A DNA stretch of 64,000 nt. It comes from Bacillales bacterium UBA6380. Its GTDB lineage: Bacteria; Bacillota_I; Bacilli_A; RFN20; CAG-826. Below, one piece after another: positions 32,027 to 40,621 of this stretch. Location: positions 27,996-91,995 of the forward strand of contig DJQS01000011.1 in the NCBI GenBank assembly GCA_002438785.1. The letters are read 5' to 3'. The notes under the pieces were generated by a model. It saw nothing but the letters and a program-made list of their open reading frames with translations, was not told the origin of the DNA and made no database searches. A program made the translations under genes and the position numbers. Each line of letters opens with the position of its first letter. Positions within the stretch are counted from its first letter, which is position 1.

Positions 32027-34423
32027 TCAATTCTTGTAAAATTCACGTAAAACTTTTTTTATTTCATCACTATTTTTAACTACCTTATAATTTTTCCATT
32101 CATTTCTAAATAAATTTAAGTACTTTTTATGTAAATAGCGCGAATCAATAAGCAAAACCGATCCTCTATCATTTTCACTTCTTATAAGCCTTCCAACCGC
32201 TTGCATAACACGATTCATGGCTGGATTGACATAAGTATAATTAAATCCATCCAAATTATTTTTATCATAATAATTTCGCAATATTTTACTTTCATAATCA
32301 AAAGAAGGTAAGCCTATCCCAATTATTATTACCCCTATAAGCCGATCATTAACAAGATCGATTCCTTCACTAAAACTACCACCAATCACTGCAATTCCAA
32401 TTGTAGTTTTCCTAGGGTTTTCTGTAAATGCTTCTAAAAAAGAAGATTTTTCTAGGTTTGTCATGCTCTTCTTTTGATATATGACATTATATTCTTTATC
32501 GAAATTAAGCCCACTTTTTAATTTGTAAAGATATTCATAAGAAGGCACAAATATTAAATAATTGCCCTTTTTTTCGTCAATAAAAGCCTTTATATTATTA
32601 ATTACTCCATTTAAACTTTTGTCTCTATCTTGATAAGCAATTGATAAACTATCATTTATCATTAAATTTAAATTTTTAGTATCAAACGGACTATCAAGAA
32701 GCAATTTATTATCATAAACATCATCAGTAAGTAATTTCGTATAATAATTTAAAGGACTTAATGTTGCACTAAAAAGTGTAGCACTATCGACTTTCTTTAA
32801 GGTATTATTGATAAATTCACTAGCATTTATACAATATAAATGTATTTCAAAGTCATTCATTTTTTTTCTTAAATAAATAGAAAAATTTTCATCCAATAAA
32901 TCATAAATTTTAAGAAATTTATATGATTCTAAAAAAAATTCATCTGCCTTTTCATAAATCTGAAATGGGTGATCATTAGAATATTTTTTATAGACATCTG
33001 ACATTTGTCTTAAATTTTTAACGAATTCATCATCGAGCTTTTCAAGTTTTAATTCAGAAATTTCCTCCTCTTCACTATTTATAAATTCTATTTTCTTAAA
33101 CATTGCAAAATTAGATGACAATTTTTTTAAATTCTTTTTTATATCAATATTCTTAATATTTTTTAATTCTTTTTTCATATTAGAAAAAAGAGAATTAGAT
33201 ATAAAAGACGAATACATATCACGACTTCGAGAAATTAGGTTATGCGCTTCATCAACTAATAAATCAATATTATAAGTCTTGTCAGGAGATTCAAAGAATC
33301 TTTTAAGAAAGGCAGTAGGATGAAATACATAATTATAATCGCAAATAATATAATCAACATAGTTGCTCAAATCTAAAGATAATTCAAATGGGCAAACATT
33401 CTCTTTTAATGCAATATCTTTAATAATCTTTTCATCAAATAAAAGATGATTTAGTAAAAGTTCTTTTAATATCTTTTTTATCTTATCGTAATAGCCACGA
33501 GCAAAAACGCAATTTTCAGGATTACATTTCTTTTTATCCGAAAGACACATTTTTTCCTTCGATAATATTTCGATACCAGTAATTTTTACTCCACTATTAT
33601 TAAATAACTTAAGGCTTGATAAAGCCAATTTAAATTCATTATTTTTAGGAGTTAAATAAAAAATTTTATCAATTTGAATATCTTTAAATGATAATAATGA
33701 ACCATAAATACACGAAACAGTTTTGCCAATTCCTGTTGGAGCTTCAATAAAACCAATTTCTTTATTAACAATGTCTTTATTGACGAACTCAATCATTTCC
33801 TTTTGGCCTTTTCTTAATTTCAAAAATGGAAATTTTAATTCTTTCAAAGATTGATTTCTATTTTCTTTTAAATCATCGATTATTTTTAAAAAATCTAAAT
33901 ATTCATAAAGATAACTTTCAACTTTGTTTTTAAGATCTATAAATGTATATTCAAAATTTTTATACGTTGTATTTTTATCAATTTGAGATATATATGTTAG
34001 CTGAATACCAATGCAATCTAATTTATTTTTAAGCGCATATAAATAGGCATAGCATTCAGCCTGTGCGAGATGCCACGAAAAGTTGTTATTAATGAATTTT
34101 TCACGATCACCAATATAGCTTTTTATTTCATCAATTATAACTTTTTTTTCACATTTAATTACGCCATCACATCTTCCATGAAGTCTTATTATATAATTAG
34201 AAATATTTATTGTGCCATCAACAGGAACTTCTGATTCATAAGTCTCATTTTGCTTTGATTGGACATATTGATGCATTATAATTCCTTCAAGCATTGTGGA
34301 ATTATTAAAATATCGATCATCAATATCGCCACTTCGTAAAATAAAATCAACTAACTGATGTACAGATAAATCAAAATATTTATTCAACTTTATCTCCGAC
34401 TTTAAAATAATGTTGCATTCCAT
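32027..34423 (-). CDS. Fusion protein: N-terminal PD-(D/E)xK (RecB/Cas4-like) nuclease domain plus a DinG/XPD-family Fe-S SF2 DNA helicase
   Basis: N-terminus has GRCDGVI...IDEIKSY (D...ExK) and QAECYAYLY (QxxxY). The helicase has Walker A APTGIGKT, a four-Cys cluster (C..C..C...CPF), DEAH box LLVDEAHNL, and motif VI GRLIRSENDRGSVLLID. Confidence 0.65.
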   Translation of the reverse strand: MECNIILKSEIKLNKYFDLSVHQLVDFILRSGDIDDRYFNNSTMLEGIIMHQYVQSKQNETYESEVPVDGTINISNYIIRLHGRCDGVIKCEKKVIIDEIKSYIGDREKFINNNFSWHLAQAECYAYLYALKNKLDCIGIQLTYISQIDKNTTYKNFEYTFIDLKNKVESYLYEYLDFLKIIDDLKENRNQSLKELKFPFLKLRKGQKEMIEFVNKDIVNKEIGFIEAPTGIGKTVSCIYGSLLSFKDIQIDKIFYLTPKNNEFKLALSSLKLFNNSGVKITGIEILSKEKMCLSDKKKCNPENCVFARGYYDKIKKILKELLLNHLLFDEKIIKDIALKENVCPFELSLDLSNYVDYIICDYNYVFHPTAFLKRFFESPDKTYNIDLLVDEAHNLISRSRDMYSSFISNSLFSNMKKELKNIKNIDIKKNLKKLSSNFAMFKKIEFINSEEEEISELKLEKLDDEFVKNLRQMSDVYKKYSNDHPFQIYEKADEFFLESYKFLKIYDLLDENFSIYLRKKMNDFEIHLYCINASEFINNTLKKVDSATLFSATLSPLNYYTKLLTDDVYDNKLLLDSPFDTKNLNLMINDSLSIAYQDRDKSLNGVINNIKAFIDEKKGNYLIFVPSYEYLYKLKSGLNFDKEYNVIYQKKSMTNLEKSSFLEAFTENPRKTTIGIAVIGGSFSEGIDLVNDRLIGVIIIGIGLPSFDYESKILRNYYDKNNLDGFNYTYVNPAMNRVMQAVGRLIRSENDRGSVLLIDSRYLHKKYLNLFRNEWKNYKVVKNSDEIKKVLREFYKN

Positions 34424-35336
34424 TATAAAAGGACTTAAAATCCATTCTATTTTTACCTGGCTTTTGTAATTCTAAAATTGACAAATATCCATCAGAAGTT
34501 GAAATACAAAATCCATTTTTATCATATTTTATTATAGTTCCTGGTTCACAAATTTTTGAAGTTTTAAAATCCTCAACTTTGAACACTTTAAATTTTACAT
34601 TGTGGTAAACAAAATGTGTTCCTGGCTCATACGAAAGGGCTCTTATAATGTTTTTTATTTTACAAGATTCTTCAAAAAAATTTAATCTTTCTAATTCAGT
34701 ATTTATTTTTGACGTAAAAGTAATTTCTTTTTCATTTTGTTCAATTCCCAAATTTTTCTTATTTAAAACATCTTCTATGCCGTCATCAAATACATCAAAA
34801 CAGCATTTTGCAATTTTAATTTTTAACGAAGAATAGTTATCATTATCATCAATGGGTACGACTTTTTTATAAAACATTTTTCCAGCATCCATTTTATCAA
34901 CCATTTCCATTAAAGTTACACCAGTCTCATTGTCACCATTTAATAAAGCGAATTGAATAGGGGCAGCACCTCTATATTTTGGCAATAAAGAACCATGTAG
35001 GTTAAAACACCCATATTTTGGGATCATTAATAGATTATGAGGCATGATTTGACCATAAGCCATAGTTAAAATAATATCCGGTTTTAAATCTTTAATAAAT
35101 TCAAAATCTGTTCTAATTTTTTCTTTCTGAAAAACAGGTATATTGTATTTTTGAGCAATTACTTTGGTTGGGACACTAATTAATCTCCCTTTGCGGTCAT
35201 GTTCTTTATCAACCTGTGCAACAACTCCAATAATGTTATATTTTTCTATTATTAAATTTTCTAAGACAATAGCACTAATGTCAGGGGTACCAAAATATAA
35301 AATTCTAACGGTTTTTTTATTTATAAACTTTTCCAT
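34380..35336 (-). CDS. fmt: Methionyl-tRNA formyltransferase
   Basis: SLLP and HGSLLPKYRG motifs and a C-terminal OB-like domain. 318 aa. Confidence 0.9.
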   Translation of the reverse strand: MEKFINKKTVRILYFGTPDISAIVLENLIIEKYNIIGVVAQVDKEHDRKGRLISVPTKVIAQKYNIPVFQKEKIRTDFEFIKDLKPDIILTMAYGQIMPHNLLMIPKYGCFNLHGSLLPKYRGAAPIQFALLNGDNETGVTLMEMVDKMDAGKMFYKKVVPIDDNDNYSSLKIKIAKCCFDVFDDGIEDVLNKKNLGIEQNEKEITFTSKINTELERLNFFEESCKIKNIIRALSYEPGTHFVYHNVKFKVFKVEDFKTSKICEPGTIIKYDKNGFCISTSDGYLSILELQKPGKNRMDFKSFYNGMQHYFKVGDKVE

Positions 35337-35427
35337 AAAAACTCCATTTCTAATTATTATACATAATTTTATTGCATTTACTTAACTAATTTTGTTATAA
35401 TTTTTTAGTATTATCGAGGTAATAGAA

Positions 35428-35691
35428 ATGGCAAATATTAAATCACAAAAGAAAAGAATTAAAACTAATGAAAAAGCTAGAATTAGAAATGTCTCCTACA
35501 AGTCAAAGTTAAGAACTGCTGTAAAGGCTGTTAAGGTTGCTTGTACTACTAATAACAAATCGTTAGCTACAGAAAAATTGAATCAAGCTTTTTCAATTAT
35601 TGATAGAGCTGTTGTTAAGGGAATTGAAAAGACTGGAACAGCTGCTCGTCAAAAAGCAAGTTTACAAAAATTAGTAAATAAAATTGCTTAA
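35428..35691 (+). CDS. rpsT: 30S ribosomal protein S20
   Basis: MANIKSQKKRIKTNEKAR N-terminus. 87 aa. Confidence 0.9.
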   Translation: MANIKSQKKRIKTNEKARIRNVSYKSKLRTAVKAVKVACTTNNKSLATEKLNQAFSIIDRAVVKGIEKTGTAARQKASLQKLVNKIA

Positions 35692-35713
35692 TTTTCTAAT
35701 ATTTAGAGTTTAT

Positions 35714-35746
35714 AAAGCAACCGTTTGGTTGCTTTTTATTTTTTTA
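35714..35746. terminator. Bidirectional rho-independent terminator shared by rpsT (+) and holA (-)
   Basis: AAAGCAACC-gttt-GGTTGCTTT followed by T10. Confidence 0.75.
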
Positions 35747-36736
35747 AAAATTCAATATAAAAAGTTCAAAATTGTAAAATCTGTCGATTTCGTTATGTTT
35801 AATATCTTTATCAAGCTGGTATAATTTTTCTAAAATTTTTGGAATATTCTCTGTTTTCAATTTCTTGATATCTTGTAAAGCATAATAAATTTTTCCAGGT
35901 TTTACATTCAATTTAGTAGCAATTTCATTAGAGTTATACCCATTCTTATTTAAATAATTAACTGCATCTATAAAAATTAAAGAATTTGTCATCATAGTAA
36001 TTAAAACAATTGGCTCAATATTTTGGGTCAAACGTAAATCTCTAAATGTTGATAACGCCTTCATTTTATTATCTGCAATTAAATATTTTGTTAAAACATA
36101 TATATCATCTTCTTGAGGTCGTATAACAATCTGCTTAATATCATCAATAGTTATTATATTTTTACAATAAAGACATAACTTTGAACTCTCATTTAGAAAT
36201 GTTCTTAAATTACCTTGGCAACAACTAATAAGTTCAGAAATCGCTTCAGGTTCAATCTTTAAATTCTTTTTATCAAAATATGTTTTAATATATAAAGGCC
36301 AATCATTGTCTTTTATTGGTGAAAGGAACTTTTTATTTTCCTTAGTTATAGCGTTTACAATGACGTTATTTAAATCAATTTCATTAGATTTTACAATAAA
36401 AATTAAAATGACGTTTTCATCGCAATCTTCCTTTATATAATTTAATGCTTTATTATAATCGTTGTTTTTGGTAATTTTTGATACTTTAGACTTAGAAAAT
36501 TTACTTTCTTTTTGCAAATAATAGGCATCATCAATTACGATAATTTTTTTGTTACAAGCAAGATCAATTTGATAACATTCACTAATGGCATCATTTAATA
36601 ATGAATTTCTAGCATTAAAAGATATAATATTTTTTTCTTTACCACTGAAAAATTTATCAATAAAAGATTTCAAATAAATATTAATTCTCTCTTCATCATT
36701 TCCAAAAAATAAATATGTCATATAGATATTATACAA
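35744..36736 (-). CDS. holA: DNA polymerase III delta subunit
   Basis: 330 aa. Position immediately downstream of comEC as in Bacillus yqeN/holA. AAA-like N-domain. Confidence 0.7.
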   Translation of the reverse strand: MYNIYMTYLFFGNDEERINIYLKSFIDKFFSGKEKNIISFNARNSLLNDAISECYQIDLACNKKIIVIDDAYYLQKESKFSKSKVSKITKNNDYNKALNYIKEDCDENVILIFIVKSNEIDLNNVIVNAITKENKKFLSPIKDNDWPLYIKTYFDKKNLKIEPEAISELISCCQGNLRTFLNESSKLCLYCKNIITIDDIKQIVIRPQEDDIYVLTKYLIADNKMKALSTFRDLRLTQNIEPIVLITMMTNSLIFIDAVNYLNKNGYNSNEIATKLNVKPGKIYYALQDIKKLKTENIPKILEKLYQLDKDIKHNEIDRFYNFELFILNF

Positions 36737-36755
36737 TATATGAAATCAATATTCT

Positions 36756-38774
36756 TTAGAAAATACTAAAATAATAAGTGATTGTACCTTCAATATCAGT
36801 TCTTCTAATCTTAATGTCTAATGCATTTAATTTTTCTAATGTTTCATAATGAGGATGATTAAATTTATTATTTTTTCCGCATGAAATAATAGCTTCTTTT
36901 GGATTGCATTTTTCCAAAAAATTATATGATGATGAACTGTTCGATCCATGATGCCCAACTTTTAAATAATCGCATTTTATATTATTATCAATTATTTCGT
37001 TTTCGACCATTGAGCTTGCATCTCCCATTAATAAAAATTTATAATCTTTAATACAAAAACTTAAAACAAGTGATTTATCATTCTCAGAATAATTACTTTT
37101 AGAAAAAGGGTTGAGGTTTTCAAAAGTAAAATATCTCGTTTTTATTGGAAAAACATTGCTATTATCAATTATTTTTTTAATTTTAAAATTATGTGATAAT
37201 TGCTTTAATGAACCATAATGATCAAAATCATAATGTGTTATAAAAACATAATCTAAGTTATAAATACGTTTTTTTCTTAAAAAAGGAATTAATACATTAG
37301 ATGCTATATCATAATTTAAATTACCACCAGTATCAATTAAAATAGATTCTGTTTTATATCTAATTAATGTTGAATCACCTTGTCCCACATTTATAAAATT
37401 AATTTCGCAAGTAAATTGATTTTTAATTGGAAGGATATAAATAACAATACAAAGTAGATTGATTATTATTAACTTATTTTTATAATAAGTAAAATTAATT
37501 TCGAAAAAATATATTGTAACGATTAATAAAGCAAAAAATAAAACTAAATAAATTTGATTAAATGGCGGTATATACACATCAAATAAAGAAATATTTATAT
37601 TAGTGAAACAATTTATCGTAACTCTAAATATTTTTTCATAAAGACTCAAATGTAGACCATAAAAATATAGTATACTAATTAAAAATAAAAATTTAAAATA
37701 TGGTAATAATAAAATATTCAATAATATGTAAACTAAATTAAATCCGTTATTTGTTGAAATTATAAAAGGTAATAATATTACATAAAAAAGCGTTTTTGAA
37801 CGTATTCTCTTCTTGATATTTTTTTCATATCCAAGATAGTTTTTAAATAAATAAAATGAAATTACAATTAATAAAGGTATGTAAAATGATTGGCTATAAA
37901 TCAACGTTTTATTTATCAAAATAAATATCAAAAATAATAATAGTTTAATTGACAATTTATATTCATCATTTTTATTATCAATCAAAAATATTCCTAATAA
38001 AAACATTGAAACTGTCCTTATAAATAAAAACCGATGAAGATTCAAAATAAATATTGGTGTAAATACAATTAAAGAAATTACTCGACTTGTTCTATCACTA
38101 AATTTATACGCCAATAATTTAGATACGCCATATAATATAAAATTTATAAAAGTGCCGCATCCTGATACTAAATTTATTATCATAAGTTTTTTACTTATGT
38201 AATATAAATTTGAATTTATTTCTATTTCTCCAAATAGGAGGCTCGACATAAAAATCTTTGCATTATTATCTTGTATAGCGTTTAAAAAATTTCGCTTTAT
38301 CTTATTAAATCTAATTGGAGATTTAACTAAAATTTCGCTTTTTTTAATATTTAATTTTCTATATATATCGTTATTATTTAAAAATTCTTCAAAGTTAAAA
38401 GAACTTTCATATGAAGTAAAATCTAAATCTTGAAAAGTTCCGTCTATTTTTAAAATGTCGAATTGATCTATTTGGTTATTTTCCGAATAACAATAAAATT
38501 TTTCTTTTAAAGTTTTAAAAATAAAGTAATTATCTTTTCTTTTAAGAACTATTCCTATTAGATTGTTAGATGTTTTTTCCTTAAAGCAATTTATTGATCT
38601 TAATATACCAAATGCAAAAAATACTGTCGCAACTAAAATTAATTTTTTTGTTTTAAATCTTTTAATTAATAAATAAATTACAATAAGTAAAAATGTTATA
38701 GTTAGAATTAAATACTTTATTTTAATTAATAATAATCCTGCTATGTATGATAATAATAGCAATAAAACAAACAT
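36756..38774 (-). CDS. comEC: DNA internalisation competence protein ComEC/Rec2
   Basis: About ten TM helices, a competence domain, and a C-terminal metallo-beta-lactamase domain (HYDFDHYG, VGHHGS). 672 aa. Confidence 0.85.
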   Translation of the reverse strand: MFVLLLLLSYIAGLLLIKIKYLILTITFLLIVIYLLIKRFKTKKLILVATVFFAFGILRSINCFKEKTSNNLIGIVLKRKDNYFIFKTLKEKFYCYSENNQIDQFDILKIDGTFQDLDFTSYESSFNFEEFLNNNDIYRKLNIKKSEILVKSPIRFNKIKRNFLNAIQDNNAKIFMSSLLFGEIEINSNLYYISKKLMIINLVSGCGTFINFILYGVSKLLAYKFSDRTSRVISLIVFTPIFILNLHRFLFIRTVSMFLLGIFLIDNKNDEYKLSIKLLLFLIFILINKTLIYSQSFYIPLLIVISFYLFKNYLGYEKNIKKRIRSKTLFYVILLPFIISTNNGFNLVYILLNILLLPYFKFLFLISILYFYGLHLSLYEKIFRVTINCFTNINISLFDVYIPPFNQIYLVLFFALLIVTIYFFEINFTYYKNKLIIINLLCIVIYILPIKNQFTCEINFINVGQGDSTLIRYKTESILIDTGGNLNYDIASNVLIPFLRKKRIYNLDYVFITHYDFDHYGSLKQLSHNFKIKKIIDNSNVFPIKTRYFTFENLNPFSKSNYSENDKSLVLSFCIKDYKFLLMGDASSMVENEIIDNNIKCDYLKVGHHGSNSSSSYNFLEKCNPKEAIISCGKNNKFNHPHYETLEKLNALDIKIRRTDIEGTITYYFSIF

Positions 38775-38776
38775 TT

Positions 38777-39322
38777 TTAATCAGTTAAAATAATATAATT
38801 TTTTAGTTTATTATAAGTTGCATTACCAATTCCACTTACATTCATTATGTCTTCAATAGTTTGAAATAATCCATTTTCATCACGATATTTTATAATTGAT
38901 TCGCAAATAGTTTTCCCTATACCATCTACATATGTCAAATCTTCCGGATCATTGAATGAATTAATATTCACTTTTTGAATTTCATCCTCGGAACAAATAT
39001 CTGTAGGATCATATCTAGGTGGGATGTAATATGATACATTTTTACTAATCTTAGCATTAGGCAAATAAGCTCTTGTATCAGCCTTATCAGTTATTCCACC
39101 TGCCTTATCAATTAAATCTTGCATTACTGAGCCTTCATCTAAAAGATAATTCCCTGGACTAACAATATAGCCTGAGATTCCAATGGAATTTCTTGTTACT
39201 TCTGTAATGTCATCATTATCGCTATTATTTCTAAAACTATTGAAATCAATGAATTGCATACAAACTAGAGCAATAATTGTAGAAACAGCAACACCAATTA
39301 AAATTTTTAATGTCAATGTCAT
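38777..39322 (-). CDS. comEA: Competence protein ComEA (DNA receptor)
   Basis: N-terminal TM helix, SLBB-like domain, and C-terminal tandem helix-hairpin-helix (GIGKTICESII...VSGIGNATYNKL). Immediately upstream of comEC. Confidence 0.8.
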   Translation of the reverse strand: MTLTLKILIGVAVSTIIALVCMQFIDFNSFRNNSDNDDITEVTRNSIGISGYIVSPGNYLLDEGSVMQDLIDKAGGITDKADTRAYLPNAKISKNVSYYIPPRYDPTDICSEDEIQKVNINSFNDPEDLTYVDGIGKTICESIIKYRDENGLFQTIEDIMNVSGIGNATYNKLKNYIILTD

Positions 39323-39328
39323 AAAAAA

Positions 39329-39372
39329 ACCTCCTTATATACAAGTCGTATATTAAAAGGAGGTAATGGGGG
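39329..39372 (-). promoter_or_regulatory. Conserved 15-nt core (TACGACTTGTATATA on the minus strand) in a Shine-Dalgarno-sequestering hairpin upstream of comEA, with an upstream C5 tract
   Basis: mRNA strand reads CCCCC-auu-ACCUCCUU-uuaaUAUACGACUUGUAUAUA-AGGAGGU-U7-AUG. The 8-bp arms ACCTCCTT/AAGGAGGT are perfect complements. An inner ATATAC/GTATAT inverted repeat is also present. Confidence 0.55.
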
Positions 39373-39387
39373 TAGATTCAGATACTT

Positions 39388-39873
39388 TTATTTAATTTCT
39401 AAAATTTCAATTTGATAAGGCTTAACAGCTTTAACACTAACTATATCACCAACTTTTTTACCAATTAAAGCTTTTCCTAATGCACATTCATTACTAATTT
39501 TTAAATTATTAGGGTCTTTTACAGGGTCAGATTCGATGCTTGAAACAATTTTTACAGTAACTTCAGCATTTGTATCTAGTTCTTTATATCTAATTATACT
39601 TGAAATATTAATAGTTTTTGCTTTTTTATTATTATCAACAATCTTCGCATTATTTAATATATATTCTATTTCCTGAATACGTCCTTCAATTTCAGCTTGT
39701 TTATTTCTAGCAGCATCATAATCAGCATTTTCTGATAAATCACCCATAGCTCTTGCAGCTTGTAATTGCTCAATAACTTCTGGACGTGCAACATCAAGTA
39801 ATTGTCTATATTCTTTTTCTAATTGTTCTTTACCTTCAACTGTTAATATATATTCTTTATTATTTGTAGCCAT
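39388..39873 (-). CDS. greA: Transcription elongation factor GreA
   Basis: N-terminal coiled coil with acidic tip (DLSENADY) and a C-terminal FKBP-like domain. 161 aa. Confidence 0.9.
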   Translation of the reverse strand: MATNNKEYILTVEGKEQLEKEYRQLLDVARPEVIEQLQAARAMGDLSENADYDAARNKQAEIEGRIQEIEYILNNAKIVDNNKKAKTINISSIIRYKELDTNAEVTVKIVSSIESDPVKDPNNLKISNECALGKALIGKKVGDIVSVKAVKPYQIEILEIK

Positions 39874-39895
39874 CGTTTTCTCCTTAATCTTTATA

Positions 39896-39903
39896 ATTAT
39901 ACA
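39896..39903 (-). promoter_or_regulatory. Extended -10 promoter element (TGTATAAT) upstream of greA
   Basis: Minus strand reads cTTGTATAAT about 25 nt upstream of the AAGGAG RBS. There is no good -35. Confidence 0.35.
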
Positions 39904-39930
39904 AGTTTCAATACTTTTTTTCTATAAATT

Positions 39931-40200
39931 TTAATTCTTTAAATCATTAATTTTAGGATCATCATTAAAAGCATTTAAAACTTCTTCGGCTTCTGAGATC
40001 TCTTCATCATCAGTAACTTCTTCTATAGAGCCATCTTCCTTATATTTCATTAAAATTAAATCTTCAGGTGATGATTTATCATAAACAAATGCGTATGTTG
40101 CATTTCTTTCTTCATTTTCGTAGGTAAATAAAATTTCCATCAAATATTTATTGCCATCTTCATCATATATTTCAATTTGATTATCATTTAACTTTTCCAT
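39931..40200 (-). CDS. DUF1292 family protein (YrzB-like)
   Basis: 89 aa, acidic, with an N-terminal IEIYDEDGNKYLMEILFTYE pattern typical of DUF1292. Follows ruvX as in Bacillus. Confidence 0.7.
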   Translation of the reverse strand: MEKLNDNQIEIYDEDGNKYLMEILFTYENEERNATYAFVYDKSSPEDLILMKYKEDGSIEEVTDDEEISEAEEVLNAFNDDPKINDLKN

Positions 40201-40621
40201 TTTTCTTCTCCTCTAAGAATTTTTCTAATATTATTATCGCAGCTACCATATCAATCATCTTATCTTGCTTTGCTTTCTTATAATCCATTGACATTAATCT
40301 TTCTCTAGCATCGATTGTAGAATATCTTTCGTCTTGATAATAAATATTTAAATCATTGTTAACCTGTTTCAAATCATTGCAAAATCTTTTAACAGATTCA
40401 CATCTTTTCTGCTCAATTCCATCTAATGTCAAAGGAAAACCAATAACAATATTATAAATCTCAAATTTTTTAGTAATTTCTATGACATGCTCACGTGCTT
40501 TTTTATAATTTCCTGGCTCAAAATTAAAATTTTCAACACCATGAACTATCCCTAACGAATCACTAATAGCAACTCCTAAAGTAGTTGTTCCTAAATCAAG
40601 GCCTATATATTTATCACTCAT
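40184..40621 (-). CDS. ruvX: Putative pre-16S rRNA nuclease / Holliday junction resolvase-like YqgF
   Basis: N-terminal GLDLGTTTLGVAISD RNase H-like motif. 145 aa. Lies downstream of alaS. Confidence 0.85.
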   Translation of the reverse strand: MSDKYIGLDLGTTTLGVAISDSLGIVHGVENFNFEPGNYKKAREHVIEITKKFEIYNIVIGFPLTLDGIEQKRCESVKRFCNDLKQVNNDLNIYYQDERYSTIDARERLMSMDYKKAKQDKMIDMVAAIIILEKFLEEKKNGKVK

